Shown here in pieces: positions 46,055 to 55,810 of a stretch of 64,000 bases of DNA. The stretch is from Candidatus Cybelea sp. (GTDB taxonomy: Bacteria > Vulcanimicrobiota > Vulcanimicrobiia > Vulcanimicrobiales > Vulcanimicrobiaceae): positions 20,097-84,096 of the forward strand of contig DATGGV010000022.1 in assembly GCA_035308305.1 (NCBI GenBank). Direction: 5' to 3'. How positions within the stretch are numbered: the stretch's first letter is position 1; each line of letters starts with the position of its first letter. Under the pieces are notes generated by a model, which did no database searches, had not been told where the DNA came from, and saw nothing but the letters and a program-made list of their open reading frames with translations. The translations under genes and the position numbers were made by a program.

Positions 46055-46533
46055 GGTTTCACCGGTTGATAGACGCGCAGTTCGACGCTTCCCGGCGCCT
46101 CGCGCAACATGAATATCCGGCCGCCGTCACGGTAGAACTGCGCGCTCGGCGGAATTCGAAACCGATCGCTCCCTCGCCGCACGAATGCCTCACGACCGTC
46201 GATCGAAATCGTGCAGTCCCCAAACGCTAGATGAGCCGGCGGCCTAATCCAACTCGCGCTTTTTGGCAGATGCGCGGTCACGTAGCGCGCGGTGCCGGTA
46301 GATTTCGAGACTTGCGTCAGGCACTCGGGCAGCGCCGACAGGGCCCAGGGCGCATCGCCGCTCAAGGGCGCGATCGCGCCGCGCGACGCCCGGCTCGACG
46401 CGCCCGGCTTGGGCGCCACGCGCGCATAGACCGACGCGATCTTGATGCGGATCAAGTCGCGGTTCACCCACGCCGCTACGACGACGCCGATACCGAGAAC
46501 GATGACGGTCGACACTGCAAGGTATTTTATCAC
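46051..46533 (-). CDS. Hypothetical membrane-anchored protein
   Basis: 160 aa with a GTG start. The N-terminal TM helix is 'YLAVSTVIVLGIGVVVAAWV'. GTGA overlaps on both sides. Confidence 0.5.
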   Translation of the reverse strand: MIKYLAVSTVIVLGIGVVVAAWVNRDLIRIKIASVYARVAPKPGASSRASRGAIAPLSGDAPWALSALPECLTQVSKSTGTARYVTAHLPKSASWIRPPAHLAFGDCTISIDGREAFVRRGSDRFRIPPSAQFYRDGGRIFMLREAPGSVELRVYQPVKP

Positions 46534-47645
46534 GTGGCGGCGGTCGGCGGCTCCCCGACAAACAGGCGTGCGGCTCCGACCGAATAATCGCCCATCCCGT
46601 AGTAGACGTCGTAGACGCGGTCGCCAAGGTCGGGCCGCGGATCGAGGCCCGTCGGAAAGACCACGTTATCGACGACTCCGTTGCGCTCTTCTTTCGATTC
46701 GGGCGTGAGGACCGGCTGCGGGGAGCGGTAGAGAATGCGATCCGGCCGCTCCAAGTCGTGGACGACGATGCCGGCGGCGTATCGCAGGGAAGGCCGGTGT
46801 GTCCCGTCGCCGATCGCGTCGACGCCATGAAAGAGCGCTAGCCATGCCGTCGTTCCGCCGAGCGTGATTCGCACGGGCGGCGTACCGGCGCCAATCTTGA
46901 TCGATCCCCACTTCTCATTGGGGGAAAGCACGAGGCGGCTCTCGGCAACGTTGCAGAGATTGCTGCGATCCTTGAGGACGGGGGCAAGCGGTACGTATCC
47001 GATTCTGATCGACTCGCGGTCTTCGAAGGGCATGCGCTCGATCATAGGGATCGCGGCGCGCCCGTCGACGCTGGAAAGATGCAGCATCGGACGATGATAA
47101 AAAGCCAAACACTTGCGCCCCTTCGGCGAAAGCACCGGCTCGGGAAAGAAGGCCGCATCTTTGTCGTCGCCGACGACGTTTGCCGAACCCGCGAACCGAA
47201 CTGGGCCCAACCGGTTCCAATGATACGCATCGCTCGATATCGCGACCGCGACGCGCGGTCCATCCGGGCCAAATGCCGTATACGCCATGACATACGAGTC
47301 GAGCACCGGGAGATACGTTACGCGCGGATCCTCGCAACCGTATCCGGGATGGGGCCGCAGCTCGTACGGTGCTTGCGGCTCGAGTGCGAAATCGAGCCGT
47401 TGGCAGTCGAACGCATCGCGTTCGAAGGCAACGCGCACCGTCCGCACCCGCGAAATGTTTCCCTCGGCGACGCAGCGCGGGTAGATCAACAGCTCGCCGC
47501 CGGGGGCGCGCGTTGCCGCGGGGTTCAGCACTCCGCCGGCCTCGGTCGGGTCCCCGTCCGGCGCGAGAACGGTGCCCAGCCGCTCGACGCGCACTTGGAG
47601 CTGCTCGAGTGAATCCAGCGTTCCCGGCTGCTTTGGAGAAAGCAT
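46530..47645 (-). CDS. GH130-like glycosidase/phosphorylase (beta-propeller)
   Basis: Start at ATG 47645. Family-typical motifs: 'GGVLNPAATRAPGGELLIYPR', 'YGCEDPRVTYLPVLDSYVMAYTAFG' and 'DDKDAAFFPE'. Confidence 0.7.
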   Translation of the reverse strand: MLSPKQPGTLDSLEQLQVRVERLGTVLAPDGDPTEAGGVLNPAATRAPGGELLIYPRCVAEGNISRVRTVRVAFERDAFDCQRLDFALEPQAPYELRPHPGYGCEDPRVTYLPVLDSYVMAYTAFGPDGPRVAVAISSDAYHWNRLGPVRFAGSANVVGDDKDAAFFPEPVLSPKGRKCLAFYHRPMLHLSSVDGRAAIPMIERMPFEDRESIRIGYVPLAPVLKDRSNLCNVAESRLVLSPNEKWGSIKIGAGTPPVRITLGGTTAWLALFHGVDAIGDGTHRPSLRYAAGIVVHDLERPDRILYRSPQPVLTPESKEERNGVVDNVVFPTGLDPRPDLGDRVYDVYYGMGDYSVGAARLFVGEPPTAAT

Positions 47646-47652
47646 AACTAAC

Positions 47653-48123
47653 CTATGGCAAGTAGGTCGTCGCAATCGGTTCGTCGCTGGGCGTTACGAC
47701 TTCGACTCGAACGCCTCGGCGATATACCGAATTGGGAACGATCCAGAGCGTATACGTGCGGTATTGCGGTGACGGTTCGCCGGCGTTGGCCGGCTCCTGT
47801 TCGAAGGCCACGACGCGAACGCGCTGAGAGTTCGCGCCGATGGATTCGACGATCTGTTTGTAACCCGTGCGGTCGTGCGGTCCCATAAGCAACACGACGC
47901 CGAACTCGCCTTTGAAATGAATCGGCGCATGAATACCCAGCTTGCTCAAGGTTACCTCATCGCGTACTATAAGGATTTGATTGCCCCCCAGAACGGTGGT
48001 AGTGCCTGCTGCGAGCGTCTTCACGCGCACCTCACGACATCCGACCAGCACGATGAGCCCCAAGGCTAGACCTGCCAGGGTCGACCAGCGCATCACGGCC
48101 GACCGCTTCGCCGCGCGTCTCAT
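47653..48123 (-). CDS. Hypothetical lipoprotein
   Basis: 156 aa. Lipobox 'LIVLVGC|R'. Confidence 0.5.
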   Translation of the reverse strand: MRRAAKRSAVMRWSTLAGLALGLIVLVGCREVRVKTLAAGTTTVLGGNQILIVRDEVTLSKLGIHAPIHFKGEFGVVLLMGPHDRTGYKQIVESIGANSQRVRVVAFEQEPANAGEPSPQYRTYTLWIVPNSVYRRGVRVEVVTPSDEPIATTYLP

Positions 48124-48167
48124 TTGTCATTGCCGTCCGGCCCCGGCGAAGCTACGCTAAGGGCGGG

Positions 48168-49103
48168 ATGAAACGACTCCTCCGTCTCGCGCTGGCCACC
48201 GACTTCGTTGCCCTGATGACCGTCGTGCTCGGGAGTTGGACGCGCATCAACGGCGCCGGACTCACGTGCCCGGATTGGCCGCTGTGCCGAGGGCGGATAA
48301 TCCCGCTGATGACCGACGGCACGTTGTGGGAATGGACGCACCGCTTGCTTGCGTTTATGGTAGCGCCCCTGACGATCGCCCTGGTGGCGGCCGCCTGGCC
48401 GGCGCGCTCGCGCTCGCCCTTCGTGGGTCCGACCCTCGCCGCCATCGTCGCCCTCTTCATGGCCCAAGTGCTGCTCGGTGCGGAAACCGTCCGGCTCGGG
48501 AATGCGCCGTTCTCCGTCGTTCTGCACTGGGCGACCGCGATGGCGTTTATTGCCGCCCTCTCTGCGATGGCCGTCTTTGCCGCAGCCTCGCCCCGCGCCG
48601 GCAGCACGCCGTCGCGCGACGCCTCGCGGTCGTCGGGGCGCCTTCGCTTCGTGCTGCTGACGACGACGACGATCGCCTTCATAACGATGTGCATTGGGGC
48701 TTACGTAAGCTCCAGCGGGGCTGGCCTTGCCTGCCTGTCGATTCAGCAGTGCGCGGGCAACGTGATCGTTCACACGCCGGGTGAGTACGTACAGATGCTG
48801 CACCGCGCCGCCGCGGCCGCTACGCTGATCTTTGCAGCCGCAACACTCGCGCTCGCTTGGGCCGGTCCGGCCTCGGGGCGCGTGAGAGCCGCGGCCGCCG
48901 CGGGTGTGGCATTGGTTTGCGTTCAAGTCGTCCTCGGACTTCTCAACGTGACGCTGCGGCTGCCGGTAGAGCTTCGCGAAGCGCATGCGGTCAACGCGGC
49001 CTTTGTCTTCTTGGCCTTCTTCCTCGCGACGGTCTTTGCGACGCTGGACGCGATGGCGAACCAACCGGCGCGCCACTACAGTCCGAGCGGCGCCGGGCAA
49101 TGA
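48168..49103 (+). CDS. ctaA: Heme A synthase (COX15/CtaA)
   Basis: 311 aa, 8 TM. 'GAGLTCPDWPLCRG' and 'WTHRLLA' in the first half, with a second-half 'H' pair. Confidence 0.85.
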   Translation: MKRLLRLALATDFVALMTVVLGSWTRINGAGLTCPDWPLCRGRIIPLMTDGTLWEWTHRLLAFMVAPLTIALVAAAWPARSRSPFVGPTLAAIVALFMAQVLLGAETVRLGNAPFSVVLHWATAMAFIAALSAMAVFAAASPRAGSTPSRDASRSSGRLRFVLLTTTTIAFITMCIGAYVSSSGAGLACLSIQQCAGNVIVHTPGEYVQMLHRAAAAATLIFAAATLALAWAGPASGRVRAAAAAGVALVCVQVVLGLLNVTLRLPVELREAHAVNAAFVFLAFFLATVFATLDAMANQPARHYSPSGAGQ

Positions 49104-49972
49104 TCGCACTCGAACGCGTCGGCGATTACTACGAACTTTCGAAGCCGCGCATCATCGCGCTGCTCTTGATTACGACGGCCGCATCCATGGTGATGGCGGC
49201 GCGCGGAGTCCCTCCGCTCGGCCTGCTCTTTTGGACGCTGCTGGCGGGAGCGCTCGCAGCGGCATCGGCGGGCGCATTCAACTGCGTCTGGGATGCGGAT
49301 ATCGACCGCATCATGAAGCGCACGCAGGCGCGCCCCATCCCGCAGGGACGAATATCCCGGCGCAGCGCGACGATCTATGCCGTGCTCGCCGGCGGCATAT
49401 CCTTTGGGCTCTTTTACCTCCTCGTCAACCCGCTTGCGGCTTGGCTCTCGCTCGCCGGAAATGCGTATTACGTCGTCATTTACACGATGTGGCTCAAGCG
49501 CATAACCCCGCTCAACATCGTGATCGGCGGAGCGGCCGGCGCGGTTCCGCCGCTCGTCGGCTGGGCCGCCGTCACGCACGCCATCGGTGCGCCGGCGCTC
49601 GGCCTCTTCGCACTGATCTTTCTTTGGACGCCGCCGCACTTTTGGTCGCTGGCCTTGATGACCGAAATGGACTACGGTAAGGCCAACATCCCAATGCTGC
49701 CCAACGTTTACGGACGCGAGCGCACCAAACGCGAAATCGTCTATTACAGCCTCGTGCTGGTTGCGGCCTCGCTCGCTCTCTACCCGCTTCACGTGATGGG
49801 CGCGCTGTATTTCGGTGCGGCGGCCGTACTCGGCGGTCTCTTCATGCTCGACGCGTGGCGAACGTGGCGCGAACAGACCGGCACGTACCAGGCGCGCAAA
49901 CTCTTTCGCTACTCACTGGTGTATCTGGCGCTGATGTGCGCGGTGATGGTGATCGACCGCATCGTCTCGTGA
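49100..49972 (+). CDS. ctaB: Protoheme IX farnesyltransferase (heme O synthase)
   Basis: Start at ATG 49100 (ATGA overlap). Motifs 'YYELSKPRIIALLLITT', 'NCVWDADIDRIMKRTQARP' and 'WTPPHFWSLAL'. Confidence 0.9.
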   Translation: MIALERVGDYYELSKPRIIALLLITTAASMVMAARGVPPLGLLFWTLLAGALAAASAGAFNCVWDADIDRIMKRTQARPIPQGRISRRSATIYAVLAGGISFGLFYLLVNPLAAWLSLAGNAYYVVIYTMWLKRITPLNIVIGGAAGAVPPLVGWAAVTHAIGAPALGLFALIFLWTPPHFWSLALMTEMDYGKANIPMLPNVYGRERTKREIVYYSLVLVAASLALYPLHVMGALYFGAAAVLGGLFMLDAWRTWREQTGTYQARKLFRYSLVYLALMCAVMVIDRIVS

Positions 49973-51297
49973 ACCGCCTCCTCTGGACGCTCGCGCTCGG
50001 CGTCTTTGCCGGAGCCCTCGATCTGAGCGTGCTTTCGCCCGCGCTTCCGGCGCTCGGCCGGACTTTCGCGGTGCAAACCGGCGACCTGGCCTGGGTCTTC
50101 ACCTTATATCTTCTGGTTACGGTCGTCTCGATTGCCGTCGCTAGCTCGATGGCGGACCGATTCGGACGGCGGCCGATCTATTTGATCTGCATCGCGCTCT
50201 TCGCCGCCGGAAGCATCGTCGCAATCCTCGCGCCGAACTATTCGGTCTTTCTTGTCGCACGCGCAATTCAAGCGCTCGGCGCCGGCGGAATCTTTCCGGT
50301 CGCAACCGCGGCTATCGGCGACGTCGTGCCGTCGGCGCGGCGCGGAGCGGCGCTGGGCATTGTCGCCGCGACGTGGGGTTTCGCGGCGGTCATCGGTCCC
50401 AGCATCGGCGGCTTGATCACGCATTATGTTTCGTGGCGCTACATCTTCGCGGTGAATCTTCCGCTGGCGGCGGTCGTCTTCGCAATGGCGCTCAAAACGG
50501 TCCCGGCGATTGCTCCGCGGCAACGCGGAGCCCTCGACGTCGTAGGCCTTGCGTTGCTCTGCGGCGGATTGCTAGCGCTCATGGACGGACTCATCGCGGC
50601 GCAAGTTGCGACGGGACTCGTCGGGGTTACGCTCCTCGCGGCCTTTGCATTCTGGGAGCGAAGGAGCGGTAACCCGATTGTGCCGCTCGAGGTTCTGCGC
50701 ACGCCACAGCTCGTTAGAACGTACGCGCTGGAGGTTGTCATCGGCATCTTGGAAGGCTCGCTCTTCTTCATACCTGCGGTGCTGGTCGCCGCCGACGGTC
50801 TGTCGTACGCCGCGGCGGGCTTCGTCGCCGCACTCGGCGCGTTCATGTTCGTGCTGGTCATTCCGGCGTCGGGGCGAGCCCTCGACCGAATTGGCAGCCG
50901 CGACGTCCTTCTCGCGGGCACGATCGTCAGTGAAATCGGTCTCGCGCTCTTCGCGCTCGGCTTCAGTTCGCTACCAACTGCGCTCCTCGCGATCGTCATC
51001 GCCGGCGCGGGGTTCGGCGCGCTGCTCGGTGCGCCGACGCGGTACATCGTCACGAACGAAACGCCCCACCACGCTCGCGCGACCGCCGTGGGCCTGCTGA
51101 GCCAAGCGCTAATCGTCGGCCAAATTCTTGGCAGCTCGATGGCGGGCGGCTTGATGAGTGCGGCGCAAACCGAGTTTGCCGGCTATCGCCACGCCTATCT
51201 CGCGTTTTGTGCCGTTGCCTTCGTTGCGCTCCTTCTGGCCGCATCGTTGAAGTCGCGGGATGAAGAACGCCGGCGACCGATCGAGGAAGCCGCGTAG
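49969..51297 (+). CDS. MFS transporter (DHA2-like, about 14 TM)
   Basis: GTG start at 49969 (GTGA overlap with ctaB). 'MADRFGRRPIYL' is MFS motif A. Confidence 0.85.
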   Translation: MNRLLWTLALGVFAGALDLSVLSPALPALGRTFAVQTGDLAWVFTLYLLVTVVSIAVASSMADRFGRRPIYLICIALFAAGSIVAILAPNYSVFLVARAIQALGAGGIFPVATAAIGDVVPSARRGAALGIVAATWGFAAVIGPSIGGLITHYVSWRYIFAVNLPLAAVVFAMALKTVPAIAPRQRGALDVVGLALLCGGLLALMDGLIAAQVATGLVGVTLLAAFAFWERRSGNPIVPLEVLRTPQLVRTYALEVVIGILEGSLFFIPAVLVAADGLSYAAAGFVAALGAFMFVLVIPASGRALDRIGSRDVLLAGTIVSEIGLALFALGFSSLPTALLAIVIAGAGFGALLGAPTRYIVTNETPHHARATAVGLLSQALIVGQILGSSMAGGLMSAAQTEFAGYRHAYLAFCAVAFVALLLAASLKSRDEERRRPIEEAA

Positions 51298-51305
51298 CAG
51301 CAACC

Positions 51306-51884
51306 GTGCTCGAGCACAGCCGTGATCTCGTACGCCGGCAATGGACTTCTTCCGAACGAAGAATCGTTTGGCGCGGGCTCACCGGACGTTTCGCACTGGC
51401 GATCGAGCCGCTGATCGGCATGATTTTCATGGCCCTGCTGACGTGGGGCATCGTCTACCGCGCGCATCACGTTGCCTCCGATGCGACGTTGATCAAAGTC
51501 GCGTGGATCTTCGCGCTCGGGACCGTCGTCTTCGGCGGATACTTCGTCGCCGTGCTGGTGGCGCCGCTCGTCGCCTACGTCCAAACGTTTTCACCGATTT
51601 TCATCGTTGACGGCTACGTGCGTTACCGCGAACCCGACGAGCGCTCGCGCCCCGACGCGTGCGGCTACGCCGCCGTGCTCCTGGCGGATCGAGCGGTCGC
51701 CGGCGAATGGGAGTTTCTCGGCAAACGCCGGTTGCTTAACGCGACGATACCCGCGCTCGTCGAGTTCTCGCGCTACGGAATCCACAAGATCGACGGTAAG
51801 TCGACCGGCTTACTCCCCGACGAAGACCTGCCGCTGCTTGCCATCGGCATCGCCACGCGCCGCGGCCGCCGCGCCGACCTGTAA
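51306..51884 (+). CDS. Hypothetical membrane protein
   Basis: 192 aa with a GTG start and two TM helices. No family recognised. Confidence 0.45.
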   Translation: MLEHSRDLVRRQWTSSERRIVWRGLTGRFALAIEPLIGMIFMALLTWGIVYRAHHVASDATLIKVAWIFALGTVVFGGYFVAVLVAPLVAYVQTFSPIFIVDGYVRYREPDERSRPDACGYAAVLLADRAVAGEWEFLGKRRLLNATIPALVEFSRYGIHKIDGKSTGLLPDEDLPLLAIGIATRRGRRADL

Positions 51885-51912
51885 TGCTTTCTTGCTGGTT
51901 GGAGCTAGGAGC

Positions 51913-52116
51913 TTAGGGCCCTGAGTTGTTCAGCGGAACGCGCTCCGTCGTGTCGGCGGGCCAGTGGTGCCCGTAACCCGACATCAAACAGACCGACGCG
52001 CCGATCAGGAAGATAACGACTAGCCCGACCGCGGCGGCACGGTAGAGTGAGGCCGGCACGCCCTTGCTTTCGGGGACGCTCGTAAAGTCGAGATACTCGT
52101 CGTCGCGCACGATCAT
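51913..52116 (-). CDS. Small single-TM protein at the 3' end of the cytochrome oxidase operon
   Basis: 67 aa with one TM helix, 'AAAVGLVVIFLIGASVCLM'. It starts 3 nt after the preceding gene. Confidence 0.4.
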   Translation of the reverse strand: MIVRDDEYLDFTSVPESKGVPASLYRAAAVGLVVIFLIGASVCLMSGYGHHWPADTTERVPLNNSGP

Positions 52117-52119
52117 TTG

Positions 52120-52341
52120 CTACGCGCCTTTCGGAGGAGTGAAGCCGATCACGTTGAGGCCGGCGAGCAGGGCGAGAACCGCGCCCAGGCCGAGCAGCGC
52201 CAGCATCAGCTTGAAGACCTGATTCTCGACGCCGGTCGCCTGCCAGTCCTTATAGAGCGCGTAAAAGGCCACGACGGCGACCGCGATGCCCGCGACCACC
52301 GCTCCAAAGCGTTCGATGAGCTGCGCGTTCACCAGCATCAC
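52120..52341 (-). CDS. Small two-TM protein, possible cytochrome c oxidase subunit IV
   Basis: 73 aa with two hydrophobic helices. It lies 3 nt downstream of ctaE. Confidence 0.45.
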   Translation of the reverse strand: MMLVNAQLIERFGAVVAGIAVAVVAFYALYKDWQATGVENQVFKLMLALLGLGAVLALLAGLNVIGFTPPKGA

Positions 52342-52344
52342 TCC

Positions 52345-52959
52345 TTATAGCAAGTAAAAGATGGAAAAAAGCACGACCCAGATCACATCAACGAAATGCC
52401 AATAGAGCGTGCCCGCCGTGATCCCGAAGTACTTGCCCCCGGTGTAGACTCCGGCAGCCGACTGGAGCACGAGCACGGTGAGATAGCAGACGCCGAAGAA
52501 TACGTGCAGCCCGTGCATTCCGGTCAACGTGAAGAACGAAGCGCCGAAGATCCCGCTGCCCGACCACGTCACGTGTTCGCCAAAGATCAGGTGGTTGTAT
52601 TCGTAGGCCTGCCCCCCGAGGAAGCCCGCCCCTAAGACGATCGTCGCCAGCAAGAACCACATATACTTGATGAAGTTCCCGTGCTTGAAGTTCTCGAGCG
52701 CGTAATGCATGGTCGCGCCGGAGCCGAAGAGCACGACGGAGTTCCAGGCCGCAAACGCGACGTCGAGACGCTGAATTCCCGGCGGCGGCCAGCCCTGCCC
52801 GCTGTTGCGCAAGTAGAGATAGGCGAAGATGAACGAGGAAAAAAGGACGCAGTCGCTGATCAGAAAGAGCAAGAAGCCTTGCAGGCGGAGTTCCCGCGTT
52901 TCGACGTAGAGCTGGTCGACGCCGCCGTGCGCATCGGCGCCGATTGCCGCGACCGACAT
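52345..52959 (-). CDS. ctaE: Cytochrome c oxidase subunit III
   Basis: 204 aa. 'FFTLTGMHGLHVFFG' and 'YWHFVDVIWV'. Confidence 0.9.
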   Translation of the reverse strand: MSVAAIGADAHGGVDQLYVETRELRLQGFLLFLISDCVLFSSFIFAYLYLRNSGQGWPPPGIQRLDVAFAAWNSVVLFGSGATMHYALENFKHGNFIKYMWFLLATIVLGAGFLGGQAYEYNHLIFGEHVTWSGSGIFGASFFTLTGMHGLHVFFGVCYLTVLVLQSAAGVYTGGKYFGITAGTLYWHFVDVIWVVLFSIFYLL

Positions 52960-54635
52960 CAGTGGGCCCCCGCCGCCACCGGCGGCGGCGAATCGGTCAG
53001 TTCTTCCTCCAGACCCGCATACGGAAGCGGCTGGCTGAAGTCGTACGGCAGGCCGTAGACCGTCGGGACGTGCTTGAAGTTATAGTAGTGCGGCGGCGAC
53101 GGCACCTGCCACTCCAGCGTGCGCGCTCCCCACGGATTGGCGCCCGCGCGCTTCCCATTCCGTATGCTCCACAGCACGTTGACGAAGAAAATCAGAATCG
53201 CGAACGTCATGAGATACGACGAAACCGATTCGAAGCGGTTCCAGAACGTGAACTGCGGGTCGTAGGTCGCCACCTCTCGCGGCATCCCGAGAATACCCAG
53301 CCAATGCATCGGAAGAAACGTGCCGTTGAAGCCGATGAAGAAGAGCCAGAAGTGAATCTTTCCCAGCGTCTCGTTGAGCAGCCGCCCCGACATCTTCGGA
53401 AACCAGTAGTACATGCCGGCGAAGATGCCCATCAGACTTCCGCCGATGAGCACGTAGTGCAGGTGAGCCACGATAAAGTACGTTCCATGCACGTGGAGAT
53501 CGAATGGAATTGCCGCAAGGAAGATTCCGGTAATTCCACCCAGCGTGAAGAGCCCCACGAAGCCGATCGCAAAGAGCATCGCCGTGGTGTAGTGAATCTT
53601 TCCGCCGAAGAGCGTCGCGGTCCATGAGAATATCTTGATCCCGGTCGGCACGCCGATGACGTACGTAAGGATCATGAAGGGCAGCTGCAAGAAGGGCGCG
53701 AGGCCGGAGGTGAACATGTGGTGCGCCCAAACCATGAATCCGAGCAGCGCGATCGACATCGAAGAAAATGCGATCAGTTTATAGCCGAAGATCGGCTTGC
53801 GCGCGAAGGTCGGCAGCACTTCGGAGATGATGCCGAAGGCCGGAAGAATCATGATGTAGACCGCGGGATGCGAATAGAACCAGAACATGTGCTGCCACAT
53901 CACGGGGCTGCCGCCTTTGGTCGGGTCGAAGAACGGCACGCCGAACTGGCGCTCGATGAAGAGCGCCGCCAGCGCCGCGGCGAGCGCCGTCGTCGCGATC
54001 ATCAGCAGCGGCGCCGTTGCAAACTGACCCCAAACGAAGAGCGGCATGCGGGTAAAAGTCATGCCCGGAGCGCGCATTTTCAAGATCGTTACGACGAAGT
54101 TTATCCCCGTGATCGTCGAGCTTACGCCGACCAGGAAGATCGCGGCACACCACATCGAGGTTCCCGGAGCGCCCTGCAGCGAGATCGGCGGGTACTCCAT
54201 CCATCCCGCGGTCGGCGCGCCCATGAGAAAGGACGAGAACAGCATCAAGCCGGCGACCGGGAATATCCAGAAGCTGAGCATATTCAGCCAGGGAAAGGCG
54301 ACGTCGCGGGCTCCGATTTGCACCGGAAAGACCAAGTTTCCGAAGCCGCCGGTCAGGAGCGGAATGACGACCAGCCAGACCATCGCGCTGCCGTGCACGC
54401 TGTAGACTTCGTTGTACGTGCCGGGGGCGACGAACCCGCCCGAGGGGTTGAGCAATTGGGTGCGGATCGCTTCGGCCAGCAAACCGGAGAGCATGAAGAA
54501 GACGAAGCCGGTGATGAGGTACTGGATGCCGATGATCTTGTGATCGAGCGAAAAGACATATCGCCGCACGAACCCCTGAGGTTCGGGGTGAATGTGATCG
54601 GCGATGCCGCCTGGGTGAAGCGCTGCTACTGCCAT
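52959..54635 (-). CDS. ctaD: Cytochrome c oxidase subunit I
   Basis: 558 aa. 'WFYSHPAVYIMILPAFG', 'WAHHMF' and 'HGTYFIVAHLHYVL'. Confidence 0.95.
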   Translation of the reverse strand: MAVAALHPGGIADHIHPEPQGFVRRYVFSLDHKIIGIQYLITGFVFFMLSGLLAEAIRTQLLNPSGGFVAPGTYNEVYSVHGSAMVWLVVIPLLTGGFGNLVFPVQIGARDVAFPWLNMLSFWIFPVAGLMLFSSFLMGAPTAGWMEYPPISLQGAPGTSMWCAAIFLVGVSSTITGINFVVTILKMRAPGMTFTRMPLFVWGQFATAPLLMIATTALAAALAALFIERQFGVPFFDPTKGGSPVMWQHMFWFYSHPAVYIMILPAFGIISEVLPTFARKPIFGYKLIAFSSMSIALLGFMVWAHHMFTSGLAPFLQLPFMILTYVIGVPTGIKIFSWTATLFGGKIHYTTAMLFAIGFVGLFTLGGITGIFLAAIPFDLHVHGTYFIVAHLHYVLIGGSLMGIFAGMYYWFPKMSGRLLNETLGKIHFWLFFIGFNGTFLPMHWLGILGMPREVATYDPQFTFWNRFESVSSYLMTFAILIFFVNVLWSIRNGKRAGANPWGARTLEWQVPSPPHYYNFKHVPTVYGLPYDFSQPLPYAGLEEELTDSPPPVAAGAH

Positions 54636-54651
54636 ACTGCTTTTAAATATC

Positions 54652-55746
54652 TCACTTCAGTGTGTTGAGGAATGCCACGAGATTCGCGATGTCCTGCGGC
54701 GAGAGCCCGTTCGAGCTCGCGTTGGGCATCGCGCCCATGCTGCCGGTGTAACCGTTCTCCAAGATCGATGCGACGTCTGCGGGATTCGCGGCCTGACCGT
54801 TGACGAGGTTGGGATGGTTGGAATCGTGGAGGACGCCCTCGAGCCCCGGCCCGACGAGAGTTTGGTTGAACGGAGCGAGCTTGTGGCAAGCCGTGCATTT
54901 TTGGCTGAAGAGCAGCTTGCCGGCCGCGGCGTCGCCTCCCTGGAGCGAGATCGCCGCTCCGTTCGCGCCGGGCAACGCGTTGCTCACGCGAGCGTTCTTC
55001 TGCTGCCAGCCCTTGTACCAGCGGTCGAACGAGTCCTTATCCTCGATCACCAGCACCTGCTTGTCCATTTCGCTGTGCTCGACGCCGCAGAACTGCGTGC
55101 AAATGATCGGATAGCGGCCCGCTAGACGCGGCGTGAACCGGATCGTCGTTACCAAGCCCGGAACCGTATCGTTCTTGAGGCGCATTGCCGGCACCCAGAA
55201 TCCATGAATCACATCGGCCGACGTCAGATTCAGCGTCACCGGCACGTTCAGGGGAAGGTGCATCTCGTCGGTAACCTCGCCGTTGATCTGCGGGTAGCGG
55301 AACGAGAAAAAGAATTGATGACCGATCGCTTCGACCACGAGCCCGTTGGCCGGTTCCAACTCGATCTCGTACCAAATTCGAACGCTGACGATCGAGAGCA
55401 AGATCACGAAGAGCGCCGGGATTACCGTCCACCAAAACTCGAGCTTGCGGTTATCGTGGATTTGGACGCCGATTGCATCGGGCGCGTCGGAGGCTTTAGC
55501 GCGAAAGGCGATCGCGAAATAGACCAGATAGCCGACGATAAAGACGTAGAGCGCGCTGCCGGTCGCCGCCATGAAACGAAAGAGGGTATCGACCTGCCGC
55601 GCCGTGACGATCGCGGCGGGCAGGTAGCGTTCCAGCGGAAACGTGTACCAAAAGACGATCGCGGCGATCGCCACCAACGCCAAGATTGCGGTGCACACCC
55701 AGAATCCGCGATCGACCCGGGCCGGTTGCGCTGTTCTCTCTACCAA
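54652..55746 (-). CDS. ctaC: Cytochrome c oxidase subunit II with C-terminal cytochrome c domain (caa3 type)
   Basis: 364 aa. CuA site 'CTQFCGVEHSEM', 'DVIHGFWVP' and the heme-c site 'CTACH'. Confidence 0.9.
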   Translation of the reverse strand: MVERTAQPARVDRGFWVCTAILALVAIAAIVFWYTFPLERYLPAAIVTARQVDTLFRFMAATGSALYVFIVGYLVYFAIAFRAKASDAPDAIGVQIHDNRKLEFWWTVIPALFVILLSIVSVRIWYEIELEPANGLVVEAIGHQFFFSFRYPQINGEVTDEMHLPLNVPVTLNLTSADVIHGFWVPAMRLKNDTVPGLVTTIRFTPRLAGRYPIICTQFCGVEHSEMDKQVLVIEDKDSFDRWYKGWQQKNARVSNALPGANGAAISLQGGDAAAGKLLFSQKCTACHKLAPFNQTLVGPGLEGVLHDSNHPNLVNGQAANPADVASILENGYTGSMGAMPNASSNGLSPQDIANLVAFLNTLK

Positions 55747-55810
55747 AGAATGCTCTCCCTCAGCCTACTATAGGCGCTTCGCTCGCTGGTCGCACCGACT
55801 AAACGGGCTG

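Noticed and set aside
44876-46069. A 397-aa plus-strand ORF.
   Set aside because: It is antisense to prfC, which has unambiguous GTPase motifs. Its composition is Arg/Ala-rich and carries no recognisable domain.
48120-49109. A 329-aa minus-strand ORF. Similar cases are the ORFs at 53718-54668 (+) and 59736-60617 (-).
   Set aside because: They are antisense to ctaA, ctaD and the APC permease respectively. All three are highly charged, Arg/Asp/Glu/Gly-rich and without motifs.
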